From: Antedon mediterranea
Lineage: Eukaryota; Animalia; Echinodermata
Direction: 5' to 3'
Assembly: GCF_964355755.1 (NCBI RefSeq)
Contig: NC_092672.1
Location: forward strand, 5,022,001-5,086,000
DNA length: 64,000 nt
Under the pieces are notes generated by a model. It was not told the origin of the DNA, ran no database searches, and saw nothing but the letters and a program-made list of their open reading frames with translations. A program made the translations under genes and the position numbers. This document shows, one piece after another, positions 1-13,444 of the stretch; the first letter of the stretch is position 1, and each line of letters opens with the position of its first letter.

Positions 1-827
1 TTTGACCCTTGATTTGTGTTAATATTAGTTGGTTTCTTTCGTTGAACTCAAGGATGATCCCATGTTTATTTTTCTATTTGTTATTATTTTAATGCACAAA
101 TACAAAATACACATACACTCTATGCATGGAGTTTATTGTAATATTTTATACTTTATAAAATCATATTCCAACAAGTTCCATTCCAACAATAACAAACATA
201 CATGTACTGTATACTCCTACAGTAGAGCAGATACTTTACACAGCAAAACATTATAATTATGCTCTCCTACTTTTGTAACATCTATTTCTCTCGCGTGTGA
301 AAAACAGTTTTCAATGACATTTTTAAGGTTATAGACGATCTGTCAGAATGCGTAATCGTTGTAATTAATCGTAGATCCATCCACTTGCCAGATATCGTAT
401 AGCTTGTGGCAGTCGGTACGAGTGGAGTATTACATACGGCATACAACTAATTGCCTCATCGCATGTTGGCTTTACTTCAACAGATATGTTGTAATCCACA
501 TATGAACACAAGCTGATCAACAAGATTTACTGCAGTATTTAATAAATATAATTAGACTATAAACATTTGGAAAATCTTTACTGTAAAACATACATTATAT
601 TCAGGGTATGACTGCGGAGGGAGGAGGGGGTTTGGTTGGAATAGCAGGTGTTACTACAGTAATACTAATTCGGTTCATGTACCGTACTGTATCATATGTA
701 CTGTACTATGTATACCACTTTATGCCGAACATACTGTAGTATGAAATTATCTGGCCGAATTGTTTTCACCTTACCATAAATCAAAATTTAGATGTTCATA
801 ATAGTATTATTAATATTATTGTAGATG

Positions 828-936
828 AAGAACATAGTACATCCTTCGAGACGAGTAGGGGTTACTCCAGTGTACTAGTGTACACACACAGCCACTGATC
901 ATAACTGAGCCCTCTGGGAGACCAGTCTTTGACTGA
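828..936 (+). mobile_element. Deu-domain SINE, 5'-truncated fragment
   Basis: aagaacatagtacatccttcgagacgagtaggggttactccagtg...ccctctgggagaccagtctttgactg matches the copies at ~32000 (+) and ~57400-57700 (-). Confidence 0.8.
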
Positions 937-1842
937 AAAAATATTTTAAAAATATTTTCATTTTTATACCTATTGTACCATACGTGACTTTTCTGGTTCT
1001 ATCCCTGGATTTAACTATTATCTTTATAGGTTTTAAACAATTATAGCTCTTTAATTATAATATAATATTATTATATCAAACACATAAAATGAGATTTAAT
1101 GACATCACTGTCCATTTCTAGATTCATCTCTAAAGGTAATCAAACGATTATGAATTATTATTATGTTATTATTACTGGTTTAGCACAGTTTTTAAAGTAA
1201 TAAAATTGACACTCTTTGGTATCTATATATGTAGTCCAGCAACTTTACCATTTACAATATGGCTTATCCCTTTCTATGGTAATTATTGCTGATGTTCTTT
1301 TCTAGAAACAATTTACAGTTGAACTTATATTGGTTCCCACTAGGACGCAACGCAAGGACATAAGCCGCAACGAAAGTGAATCTACCAATCACAAGCTTAC
1401 CCAACTGTCGCTTGTCTGCATTATAGCTTACGTCTGTAGGTTCCATCCTATACTAGTGGGAACCAAGCTTAAGAAGACACCTTAGAGACAAAGTGATCTA
1501 AAGGGTGTCGTTTGTATGGGTTGACCCGTTGTTTCTTATTGCTCGGTTCTATATCTGAACACAAAATACAAAAAATAATATATAAATACATAAAAAACAA
1601 AAAGATGGAAGGAAGAAAAAAAATAACAAGTTTGTAATTTATAGTTTAATAGTAAAAACATATATTGCACCATGTCCTCTTAATGGAATAGTGTCGCCTG
1701 AATAAGGGTTTCCCAGTGGAAGTTTATATTTTTTTAATTTGTTTATTTCATGCGCATCCAGCAGCGTAACTTGTCAAATACAGGATGGATTTAAACTATT
1801 TTATATTTATCGTGCTTATAAATTAAGTCAAATTTGAGGCTA

Positions 1843-1950
1843 GGGAGTGGAGTTGAAATAGTGATTCTGGCAGTGGCACTAGGTCAGGATTGAACCTTGG
1901 ACCTTAGGATTGGAAGGCATGCATGTTAACCACCAAGCTACAGCTCCACT
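1843..1950 (-). mobile_element. tRNA-derived SINE head (family C)
   Basis: The reverse complement gtggagctgtagcttggtggttaa...gccttccaatcc...ggttcaatcc has A-box and B-box-like motifs, followed by caactccactccc. It is shared with the copy at 39938. Confidence 0.7.
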
Positions 1951-2348
1951 ACACATTTATATTGTAAGAGATTGTTTTATACTAGATTAGCAAGAATTAC
2001 TGAAAAGAAAAAACATTAGGTCTACCTCATGAATTTTCATTGGCCTAGATTTATATTTATCATTATCATAAATGTTAATTTTTCTGGAGTTTTAAATATT
2101 TATTAGGGTGATTTCAAGTAGTTGTTAGCTATTAATACTGCTTTTTACTGCTTTCATACAAAATTAATATTATATAGTTTCATCTATAGCTCATAAAGTT
2201 TAACAACATGGCTAAGTGTATTATCGCTAATTTTATGAGACTTTGTGAGTATTAACCATTACTTAATTTCTCAACATGCATAAACATAAACAAAAATATG
2301 AACATTACAATTTGCTCATATAAATAGAGCTTTCAAAAGACTAGTTGA

Positions 2349-2400
2349 TTAAGGGCCTGTTCAGACTACAAAATTATGTTTATGTCTGAACACACCTTAA
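2349..2400. mobile_element. Tiny hairpin or MITE remnant
   Basis: Inverted arms ttaaggg..tgttcagac and gtctgaaca..ccttaa. Confidence 0.45.
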
Positions 2401-2523
2401 GTATCACTATTTCGGTAGTAAACCCTTGCAATAATTGCAACCTTCTTTCCACACAAGGAAATATAGTAGGGTCTCAGTTTGAATAGGCTCCTTCTTCCTC
2501 TTTTTCTATGCAGAACTACTATA

Positions 2524-2908
2524 AAGCTCTGTCTACACTATCAAACTTTATGTGACAAAAAAATGTGATGTGCCCATATATGGACATGATGATTTTATAT
2601 CAGTACCATATCTTAAATCTTTTAATAGTAACCCACACTCAAAGTAACCCACCTTCTAATAGTAACCCACCTTCTAATAGTAACCCACCTTCTAATAGTA
2701 ACCCCCCTTCTAATAGTAACCCCCCTTCTAATAGTAACCCACCTTCTAATAGTAACCCCCCTTCTAATAGTAACCCCCCTTCTAATAGTAACCCACCCTA
2801 AAAAACAATCAAAGAATAATAACCCAGGGTTACAATTAGAAGATTTACGGTATTTGGCCATATCACACTTTTTTTTGTCAAACTAGTTTGATAGTGTACA
2901 CAGAGCTT
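2524..2908 (+). mobile_element. MITE family A copy, interrupted by a nested element
   Basis: TIRs AAGCTCTGTCTACACTATCAAACT and AGTTTGATAGTGTAcACAGAGCTT, flanked by TA on both sides. Confidence 0.9.
2611..2850. mobile_element. Nested Tc1/mariner-type MITE carrying an 18-bp tandem array (cttctaatagtaacccmc)
   Basis: Inverted ends taaatcttttaatagtaaccc and gggttacaattagaagattta. TA is duplicated at 2609-2610 and 2851-2852 inside the host motif tacca-TA-tttgg. Confidence 0.8.
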
Positions 2909-4184
2909 TAGATATAAATAATCAATTTTTATTATGGTTTTTCCTTGAATTAAAATTAAAAAAGAGTTTGCATTGTGCGATTGATATTTAACCTATTTAA
3001 ATGCCAACCACATAGAATGACTTTTTATTGGGTTAATCATTTAGAATTTATCTTAATTCGAGTTAATTAAAAATAAGTGACTTAATCTTTATACTCAATG
3101 CCTTTTTGTTTCGTAAAGGTAATGCAGTACTTTTCTGATGTGGTTATAAATTTAAGTTGTTACATCTTGTGCGGCAGTTTGCCGTAACCTAATTATAGAT
3201 GATTAAGCCTGCGTAATTTGTTATCGAAACGCAATTAATATACGCTTAAATATTGACTTGAATTGAGAGCTAGTGAAAGCGAGTTAATGTGCACTTGATT
3301 ATGATGAACTGAAGGTCTCTTAAATAAACCTGCTTAAAATAAGAATTTGTGGACAAATTATGTAATAAACCAATATGGCTTCTGAATATTGAATAGATTA
3401 TTATGGATATAAGACACAGAATAGATGTTTGCTATACTGTACGTTTTTACATAAACACCAAGTATACATTAATAATAATACAAATCTGTGAAAAATTATT
3501 TTAAAACCTTATGTTCTCTTTCCAATACATCAATGGCTTCTGAAGAAGAATTTTATAATAAAATTAAAATAATTTTTCCTCAATTTAAAAACAATAATTT
3601 GTTTTTAGCAAAAATTGTTTGATAGAAATGTTAAATTCTCATGACTTATAAGATAACATAAGATAAGATAATAATAATTTAAAAGTAAATAATAAGCTGA
3701 AATCCACAAAACACATTTGATAACGTTAATATTTTCTAGAGACTCTAGCTTAAAATACTTTATTTTGTTGTTCGTAAATGTGAAAAATATAATGATGAAG
3801 AAAATAATCATTTTAAACACATAATATTCACCTGCTTCTACTTACAGTTATAAACGGCCTTGTTCTCATTTTTCTTCTAATATCCTGACAAAAAAAAATT
3901 CTCTCTTCAATTTTCTTTCTTCCATAAATGGTTTTAGTTTTCAATTTATATCATGGAAAATGACCTCTTGATGTATTAGTAGCTAGGGAAATACGCTGAA
4001 TAGATCAACTCGTTTACGAGAATTTTTAATGGCAGTATGATTATCGAGGGACAGAATCAATTTATAACGTATTATATGTATCTGATGTTTGTTTTAGAAT
4101 TTTCTAGGAAGGTTAGCCGATCGATGGATCACCGTGAATCCTCTAATACATCACTAGATCTAGAAATGTCAAGGTTGTATTCTT

Positions 4185-4235
4185 ACTAATCCTAGGATTA
4201 GTTATGCAAATCCTGTTCATCTTTAGGCTAATCCC
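4185..4235. promoter_or_regulatory. Putative K50-homeodomain (Otx/Pitx/Gsc-class) site cluster with a perfect palindrome
   Basis: ACTAATCCTAGGATTAGT (4185-4202) plus CTAATCCC at ~4228. Confidence 0.45.
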
Positions 4236-5283
4236 ACTTAATTCCTTGCACAAGATCGCTTTCCCCAGCAGCTTAAAGGTAGTCACCATTAGCACATTAA
4301 GTCTTGGCCGCAAATCCTGGCCGGCTTAAGGTATACACGGTTCACATGTTGTTCTCCACCAATTCAGGAAAAAATAACCAGAACGACGAGAGCAATCACA
4401 CGGCCGGTTTATCCTACGATTTAGACATGAAATAAGTTTTCTTGCTAATGGGATTGTGGATTGTAGACTTATTGACTAGCTAATTTTTATTTGTATGTAT
4501 GTTTCATAACTTATTAAACCTATTGTACTGGTTTCCACAGTTTATGTTATAGATTTGTGTAACCTTTGAGAGCGTGTTAACCTACTTCTTATAATTCAAT
4601 GACAAATTTCCACCAATCTTTGTATTTTTAGTTTAAGATTCATAAATTAATTTAAAATAATTTTGATAAACTTATAACCATAGTGGAATTATAACCAAGA
4701 AATCTATTTCGATAACTTACATGGATAAACCATAAAGCCAATGCCTCATTCAGTTTATTAAACATCCCTATTAAGTAAATGGTACATTCTGAAACATGAT
4801 TTTTTTTCTTGCATTGCATGAACATTTAAGTGTAAAACCGAGGAAACACTAACAAATTTCTGGTTACAAAACTTTATTGACAAAACTAAGCACAGAAATA
4901 AATACATTTTTTTCTAAAAATAGTACAATTTCAGATATATTTTTAGTATGAATCAAGAGTTTATTAAGTTATTTAATTCTTTTATTTACCAGTGGAAGGT
5001 ATTACAATCAAATTATTATTAATGTCTGTATAGTATTCCCAGTGGAAATGCTCCATCTGTTTGGAATTGGAAATAGGCCGCTGTTTCTACTTATGACTTC
5101 ATATTCCAACATGTTTATATTATCTCGGATTAATTTTATATAATATGAATAATTTAAATTTAATTGTATACTTTTTTCTGACATACAGTTTTTTTAAGCA
5201 GTATAGAGTCCTACTGTTAACTTGAGAAAATTACAAAATAGAAATTTTGACCTCAATATAGTCGCATTTATTTTTTTCGTTTA

Positions 5284-5438
5284 AAGCTCTGTCTACACTA
5301 TCAAATAGTTTGACAAAAAAAGTGTAATGTGCCTAAATATGATAGTGATATGCCCAAATATGGTAGTGATATGATATCACGTTCATATATGGGCACATTA
5401 CATTTTCTTGTCACAGTTTGATAGTGTAGACAGAGCTT
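5284..5438 (-). mobile_element. MITE family A copy
   Basis: Same TIRs; the internal sequence is the reverse complement of the 2524 copy. Confidence 0.9.
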
Positions 5439-6437
5439 AAGGATGTTTACATTTTCCTGGATCAATTTGTTCTGAACATGGATTATAAGCTTGTCATTTT
5501 TAAATATTTTTGTTTTTCCGATTTCAATAATGTTCTCAAAACTTTAAAGAGTCAAAGCCCTTGGAATAAATTTACTGTATGGTTATTGTAATTTTAAACC
5601 AACTTTGATAAATTGGTAATACATTATGTTTTTGTTGTTTTAACTTGAATTATCTAATCATATGGATATGTATCTATGTAATATTATATCACCAGTGATT
5701 AATAATTATCATATGGGATTGATATTTTAATGTGAAAGTATCTTTAACAATCTCATATTTCATCTTTCATTTTTACTACATTTTGATAATATAGGCCATC
5801 TGTTTTTATTACATATCTATTCCATCTTACATTTCGTATGGCATTCATGACACATGGAATCTTAAAATCCCTTAATCAGCTATATTAAATATCAACCTAA
5901 AAATACTTTGTTGTCATTTTGAACAAGCTCGCGGCAATGATATTTCAATTTTGTTAATACTTTTATTCGTGATGTAATAGAGCATACTGTAGATTGCATG
6001 CAGAGGTAATTTTAAATATGTAATGATACGAGAAATTATTTTGAATATGATATGAAAATGTAACTGATTGATCTATGTGGGTTATTGTATTCCAAAAATA
6101 AATAAATATTAATATTTATTGGTTGCTTTTGCCAAATAAGCAAATTAATTATGTTTATGGTTATTAGGGGTTTTTCACCTTCTGTATATTTTATTAAAGG
6201 AATGTCAACTTCCTTGTCTTTGGTACTGTACTGTATTTAGCAAAAAACAATGAATAGAGAAGTCAGTATTTATTGATAATTAATTACACATAGTCACATT
6301 TTGTACAAGCTTCTGATGATCTCTTTTGCTGCTTTATCTTTTGCTCTTTCCTCTCTTGAGCTCTGCTACTTCCTCTCGTTTTTATCCTTCTTTCTCCTAC
6401 TGTGTATTCTCCTAGTTTGTCTTTTTCTTCTCTTTCC

Positions 6438-6741
6438 TCTCTTTCTTTGTCCTCTCCTGGTCCATCCTAATCCCTCTTTCTTGTTCTGTTCTTCTCTATC
6501 CTCCCTCTTCTCCTGGTCTATCTTTTCCTGCTCTCTCCTCTCTTTGTTTGTCCTCTCCTGATCCATCCTAATCCCTCTCTCTTGTTCTGTCCTTCTCTAT
6601 CCTTCCTCTTCTCCTGGTCTATCTTTTCCTGCTCTCTCCTCTCTTTCTTTGTCCTCTCCTGATCCATCCTAATCCCTCTCTCTTGTTCTGTCATTCTCTA
6701 TCCTCCCTCTTCTCCTGGTCTATCTTTTCCTGCTCTCTCTT
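6438..6741. repeat. CT-rich tandem repeat, 101-bp unit x3
   Basis: tccatcctaatccctct recurs at 6461, 6562 and 6663. Confidence 0.9.
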
Positions 6742-7605
6742 CTTCATCCCGTTGAATTGCCATACAAGTATCAGATTTTACTGTCTTACTGTAATTTATT
6801 TTTTATCAGGCGTCATGTATAATTTTGGCTGGGAATGTTATTTATGCTTTAAAATTGGTAATTTAATAATAAAATATGTATGTTATTAATCTTCATTCCT
6901 TGGGGAAATATATCTAAAGAAAAAACTCATCAGTGTTAAATTTACATTTTGTTTGTTTGTTGCTGTACATCTTATGACGTGTAGCGTTAAGAGCAGTGAC
7001 TTAAATAAGTGTTCTTGACATTTCATCATAAATATTCCTTTCCATTTGACACAGAATTACATTGAAACTTACATACGCATTCATTCTACTGTAAAACGAA
7101 CAAACAAGTACTTAGAAAGAACCAATTTCTATTTGGGTGAATGCCTCAACGTTTTCTATGATTTGTTTAACGTAAATGCTAATTTCTCACGGTATCGATT
7201 GATTAATAATCTAGCGAAGGAAGTCAGAATCGTTGCAGTTAGTTAATCAATCTTTCGACTTACCTCGACGATATCTGAATAATTGTTGATTTGAATGTAA
7301 TTACTGACTAATGGTCTATTAGTTGTTACTGTGGACATCAATTCTACTATTGCGATGAATTAATCATCAGTTAATGAAAAGCTTATAAAGTGAGCGTTAC
7401 CCTAAGTCATCAATTTATGCTATTGCGGGAATTGGGACATTGTAAAGTACATATGGCTTGAGGTATACTTAAAAAACATGAGACGTTTTATCTTTTAGCT
7501 CTGTATGGCTATCGAAATAATTAGTACAGCATATTAATCCCCTTTTTTCTCCTTTACCATGCCACCTAGATTGTTTTAGATTTTAGTTTTTAGTTAGTAA
7601 TTTAG

Positions 7606-7645
7606 TTAGGCGCTATATAAATCCAGGATATTATTATAATTATTA
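7606..7645 (+). mobile_element. L2-type LINE/SINE 3' tail
   Basis: ttaggcgctatataaatccaggata(tta)n, matching the tail at ~39810. Confidence 0.65.
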
Positions 7646-7731
7646 CAGTAGTAGTGCCCCTGTTTAAAGTGGGCACTTTCCTGAAAAACGAAAGAAGGGA
7701 ATATGTATTATTTTTTTTACTATGGTCAACT

Positions 7732-7948
7732 CCCTATTCAAGGGACACCTCTATTCAGGGGACACCCCTATTCAGGGGACACCCCTATTCAGGGGACACC
7801 CCTATTAAGGAACATCCCTATTAAGGAACATCCCTATTAAGGGGACACCCCTATTAAGGGGACACCCCTATTAAGGAACATCCCTATTAAGGGGACACCC
7901 CTATTAAGGAACATCCCTATTCAGGGGACACCCCTATTAAGGGGCACC
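7732..7948 (+). repeat. 17-18-bp minisatellite (ccctattcaggggacac) of repeat family D
   Basis: About 12 tandem units. The same motif occurs at ~18410, ~30980, ~33740 (-), ~45750 and ~48925. Confidence 0.85.
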
Positions 7949-8370
7949 TTGTTGGGTTCCCGAAAAGGGGTTATTTTGTAATATAGGCATTCCTGTTGAT
8001 ATTTCTGTTTAAATTGACTGTAATCGTACAATAAACACACATACATTTTGGTATGTATCTTAAAAATTTTAATCAATTTTAGCCTGTTATATAAAATATT
8101 TCTTTAAATTGCATTTTTTATAGGACCTACAGTACACAATACTTCATGCCTCACTTACTTTGACATATTTTGTATTATTTTTCTATTTTAAATGGTACAG
8201 TCCTAGATTTCTTTTAATTTTTGTATTGAGTAATATATTAAAAACTACTCCCTTGACCTCGAAAAATGAAAGAAATTAATAAAAAAAACGATCGAACAGA
8301 TGAAAACGAGTATCAGTAGTAACTGTTTGTTGTTATTGAGTTTCTCTATCAGTTGCTATAATAAAGCAAA

Positions 8371-8405
8371 GGATTATCTTGGATTAAATCTAATCCTGTT
8401 AATCT
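8371..8405. promoter_or_regulatory. Putative K50-homeodomain site cluster
   Basis: GGATTA at 8371, GGATTA at 8381, TAATCC at 8391 and TAATCT at 8400. Confidence 0.45.
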
Positions 8406-8832
8406 TAATGATTACCAACACCCTATTGAGTCATATTATATCAAATCCATAGCTAATATCAAAAGTATTTCTAAGAAGGAGTTGAAGATTATTCTGTATT
8501 GCGGTTGATTGCTGTATCATACGACAAACAAGTCAATTTAACTGAATAATTTCGTAAAGAAATAAAGTATGCGAAGGTAAAACAATTTGTTATCCACTGA
8601 TATTAAAATCGGTTGCAAGAGTAGAGAAGATTTATTACTCTATCTGTTTAATCCTTTTTGCTTTCAAAATTTCAAATTTTCTTTTATTGTAGTAAAACCA
8701 AATCGGATTTTGTATGATTATGTTTGATTCGGGAACTGTATCTAAACACTTTTATGTTTAGATATTAAATTGTTGATACTTTTCTGATATAATTGATCAT
8801 AACTTTTAATTATTTTTTTGTTTGTTTGACAG

Positions 8833-8934
8833 ACACGTTCTCCTCACCGTGTCAACAGACCAGCAGATGAAAATACAAGACCAGAAGTAGTCGCAAAGAA
8901 CGGACCAAATCGACCAAATTCAAGATTAAGTGAT
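8833..8934 (+). CDS. AUTS2: Internal coding exon (102 nt, phase 0-0) of an AUTS2/FBRSL1-family gene; equivalent to human AUTS2 exon 3
   Basis: Acceptor is a T-rich tract ending tttgtttgacAG (8831-8832); donor is GAT|GTAAGT (8935). The open frame reads TRSPHRVNRPADENTRPEVVAKNGPNRPNSRLSD, 34 aa ending RLSD, the same length and ending as human AUTS2 exon 3 (recalled). Confidence 0.88.
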
Positions 8935-10161
8935 GTAAGTAATAGGACCGGTTTCTAACGAGCATGAGAATACGATTTTACTAACCGTTCTTTTCTTGCG
9001 AGCAGAAATGAATCCACACAACTAAAAACAAATAAAAAACCAAAAAAGAATTTATTTTATAAAATTGATTTTGATATTACCTACCTAATCAACAAGATGC
9101 ATTCTAAAACCAGTTTGCATGAATTAATTTTAGACAGTCACACTAACAAACTCTGTTCTGAGACGTTATTTTATACGAACGTTACCGAAAACTGTTCATT
9201 GTAGTAAAAATTAAGCTGACAATACGATATTTTTATTCTTTATAAACCACCAAAACTGCTTCCATTTTATTTATTAAAATACAACAAAAAAACATGCACC
9301 ACGAACACTAATTATTCCTCTAAATACAAATTATTAGAAAATTATGATGAACCATGCCATAGAAAAAAATAGATATATACTCTCTTAAAATTTATGTTAT
9401 GCATTTTAATCTCCTATTTGTGGCACAAATTGCATTTTGTAATTGAGAATGATAGAGAAATATTGATCAAACTTGCTCCCTATTATTCCTGATAACAGGC
9501 TTATTATAACCCTGTAGGCTTCAATTACATTACAGATACAAATATTATACTTAAGGGATTCTACTTTACCCCTTAGGAAACTCTTTACCCCTCTTTATAT
9601 TAAGATTTCACGGAAATGTGTCACATTTAAATTATAATGTTCACAATCCAATTTATTCGCTGTAATATTACAGTATGATGTGTGTCTGTGAATGTTAGTA
9701 AAGGAATTAAGGTTACAACAACTATACATGTGTATTGTCTAAATGTAGTTTATGTTATAAAATGAGTTCCTTATTTTCAAAATGTTCTCCTCTTGTTAAT
9801 GTTCCTATTTATTAGCACTGTTTATGTTAACCAACCAATATAGACTATCTGATACTGATAAAAGTAAAACTAATAACCACATAAAACTATAAATTAGAAA
9901 GCCTTTTGCTATGTCCATTATCATATACAATAATTTGCCATTGAAAAACATTATTAATGTAAGTCTTCTTTAGATAGGAAAAGCCAATATTAGTGGCTTA
10001 TCCATTTAAAAAATGGGTCTCCGTAGTTAACCATACCTATTTTCATCATCATCATCACACGACATTATTAAGGTCATCCATAAACTATTAATGAGAAACG
10101 TGATGTTATCATTAATTATCATAATTATTCTTTTCTCATATTTATCAATCTATTTTTTCAG

Positions 10162-10197
10162 GAAAGCTCACATACAAGCTCAGGCAGAGGCTATATT
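10162..10197 (+). CDS. AUTS2: Coding microexon (36 nt, phase 0-0); equivalent to AUTS2 exon 4
   Basis: Acceptor tattttttcAG and donor ATT|GTAAGT. Encodes ESSHTSSGRGYI, compared with AUTS2 SSAPSSLGTGYF and the FBRSL1-type SGRGY motif (recalled). Confidence 0.92.
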
Positions 10198-10531
10198 GTA
10201 AGTAAAAATTATTCATTAATGTTTTCTATGATAGAAATAATTTTCCTTCAATTTAATACCTTCCTTTTTTTTTAAACAAAAGTAAAAGTATCTATTGTGT
10301 AAGTATATTGAATATATTTTAGTTATGAAATTTTGACTAAATGAAACAGACCAACAAGCTAGGTTTAACATGGTACGTTGTACGTATACTGTACTTGTGC
10401 TGGAATCACCATCTAAGCAAACACGACCATGTCACATGTTTTGCCACTTAACATTTAAGGGCATAGAATTATCCAGTTGACCGGTTCGGACAAAAATATC
10501 AAAATGTGATATTCCGCTTTGGGCAAATCAA

Positions 10532-10674
10532 AAGCTTTGTCTACGCTATCAAACTTTATGTGATAAAAAAATGTGATGTGCCTATATATGGACACAGTGA
10601 TGTCATATCACTACCATATTTAGGGACATCGCACTTTTTTAGTCATAACTAGTTTGGTAGTGTAGACAGAGTTT
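10532..10674 (+). mobile_element. MITE family A copy (diverged)
   Basis: aagctttgtctacgctatcaaactttatgtga...agtttggtagtgtagacagagtt. Confidence 0.88.
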
Positions 10675-13444
10675 TATAAACAAGCAAATATTCATAGAAC
10701 GATCTACAGTATGGATAAAATATCAAACTAAAAATGTATGAGTTGGAATTGTGCTGGTGAATAATTTTTGTACATAATTACCAGACATCCCTTTTAATTA
10801 AGTTCCCGTTATTACAATATTTTTTTCATTTAAATTGATTTTGAATTTTTTAATCCGATTGAATTCTCTAGACATTGTAAAATTAATTATACATTCAGTT
10901 ATCACCCACCACGATGAAAGATAAAGAAGATATAAAATGTCCGCATGGTTCCCTTGAGTCAATATCACAATTATTTATTTATTAATTCTTAAATTAAAAA
11001 TGCCTGTACAAGACCCTTTGAGTATTTACTGTAGGCTGTGGGAATAAATATTTGATAATTGAAAAATAGTGAAAGCTTTACATGGGATTTGGTAATGCAT
11101 GGTTTTTCTGGTTTTTCTTGTAACGTTTTTTCTTATACAGTTAATGTTAAATGTTAATCTTAATATAAAATTGAGTTTTATAACATTTATTGGAGACTTG
11201 CTTAAGTATTAACTATCATTAAGTTTGAGCAGAGACAGAAGCTTGTTTAAAGAACAGAATAGAAGGGAATTTTTTTAAGCTGTAGGACAGATACAACATT
11301 TTTAAATAATGGAGGGATTTTTTTCAAATGTATCCAATGAGTAAACAATAGACAATTTCAGTTTATTTCAAGTTAAACAAAAGCGGTTATAATTAAATGT
11401 ATAATTTACCACAAGTTGGCTTTTTTAACAATTTGCCATTTTGTCTCTTTGTTTTTTAAAGTTAATGATTCTGTTCTATCTCTCCTCAAGCCTGCCACTT
11501 GTTTTAACTGTAACATTTTAAACAAATCCTCCATTTAAAACTACATTTTATGTGATAAGGCAGTGTATAATTATGCAAATTATTTTTCAAGTTAATTCTT
11601 AGTAATTTTGAAATTAAGTTCCATTTAAAATAAGTTTATAATTTGTGCTTATGTTGTTTAAATGTAGTATTTAGTTAAAGTTAGCGTAGGTGTTAGAAAA
11701 TCTTGTTTTTTAGGTAAATTAAAATGAATTTTTTTTTTCTTGAGTTAGGATATTAAAAAATTTATAAATCTTACTATCATCGTTTCCTACTTCCTAAAGT
11801 CATTAAACATGTATTGAAAATTATTAAATTTTTAACATTAAAATTAAATTAAACTATGATGCGTGAATGTGCGAGATAAGTCATGAAAGTATCGGAGCGA
11901 CGCCCACTTTTGACACTCTCGCCGAGGTGGTAAGGGGGTAATTGATACGTGATAAATCTGTCCTACATCAAATCTTCATAGGCTTAACGTATTAAAGAGA
12001 TATTTATATCCTGTCTCTTCTTGTTCTTTGATGATTTCCTGTTTTCCATGTCACACACATTTTACATGACAATCATCTTGTACCAAATCTGCTGCCCTCT
12101 ATATACCATACCCAATAATATCATGATTTGATTCTAATGATGTATAAAAAAAATTACTAACAGGTGTTTTGCATAGGATTCAATTAACTGGAATATGTTC
12201 CTTTGTTAAGCTAACATCTGCAAAATAAAATTACTTAGTTATGTCATTGTTATAAAATTTTTCGATTTTTTTAATTAAATTTTTATCATAACTTGACACA
12301 ATAAGAGAGACTTGTTTATATGGTCGTAAAGAACTGGGCTGGTGATGAAATGTGTTTATATTAAAAATCTACTTTATTTTTAACACCTATATGAAAATAA
12401 AATCAATTTTATTATAGTATTTATATTTTTTATGTGTTAAATAATTTACAATTCAATAAGCTGTCATTATTAATAACTTGGCTGTCGATATAACTACTTG
12501 GGTATTATTATTTTAAGCCACCTACTTTAATCGTAAAAAAACAGGGGTACACAGTAGACAGAAACAGTCTGTGAGGAAAAATATTGTGAATTCTAAACTA
12601 ATTTGATTAATTAATATAAAAAATGTCCTGTATTTTATATGAAGCCAATTGGGGGAGGTTGGAAGTAACGGTTTAAAAAAACCAACATAATACCTGTATT
12701 TGCCGACTAACAAAATGGAAAATTGTAATTGAATTACAGGTAGTGACAATATATTGACTGAGTTAAAGAGAAAACGCTAGCCAGAGTTGTATTTTCTTCT
12801 TCCGAATGTTGCTTAAAACATTTTTAGAATAAATCACATATTTAGGATAAAATTCTTTAAACCTCTTGCGATGAAAACTGCTAGTAGAGCTCACAAATGG
12901 CTTAAAACTATAAATCTTTGTATGTTTAATACAAGTTAAAAGGTAAATTCTTTAAAAATGCTTTTGATAGCTTGGACATAAGTTATTTCTAGAGATTTAA
13001 CTGCTTCTAGTGATATGGATAATCTCGCAGAATGTTAAACGACGATGTTAGGTTAGGAATGAATGATAATAGCATTACATGTTATATTGACCTGGTGGAA
13101 GTAGTCATATCCTAGTAATCGCTACTCTGATGTTTGTATATTCAGTTCAATTTTATTCAACCACGATGAACTCGTTTTAGAATATGGTAGTCTATTTCGT
13201 GCCTGCTTATCTGGATAAACCGACAGACAGTAGCCCTTTTCCATGGAGTGCGAAACAATTACGAAAAGACGAATTTTGCAGTAGATCACCTCCAAAATTA
13301 ATGGGGCAGTCAAAAGGACTTGTTATTTTACATTATGACACTGAAAGAAATGAGCATCTATTTCAAAGTGTTAGTTCAGTTCAACTTTGTTCAGAGGCCC
13401 AGATGAAGTCAATTTTCATAAATATATTATTTTATTGGTTTTCT

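Noticed and set aside
1870-1950. Possible tRNA gene (Gly-like anticodon loop); likewise at 39938-40010
   Set aside because: The stems are poorly paired, the anticodons differ between copies, and both copies continue into a shared non-tRNA body, so these are SINE heads.
2565-2861. (SNSNPP)n and (VTIRRG)n ORFs
   Set aside because: They are translations of the 18-bp array inside a nested MITE.
6301-6889. Hydrophobic and charged ORFs
   Set aside because: They come from a low-complexity CT-rich 101-bp tandem repeat.
9116-9121. Rbfox-type TGCATG downstream of exon 3
   Set aside because: It is a single hexamer, with no visible clustering around the microexons.
11701-11720. Possible recursive splice site ttttttAG|GTAAAT
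   Set aside because: The donor is weak, the intron is only ~4.5 kb, and such a site is expected by chance in AT-rich DNA.
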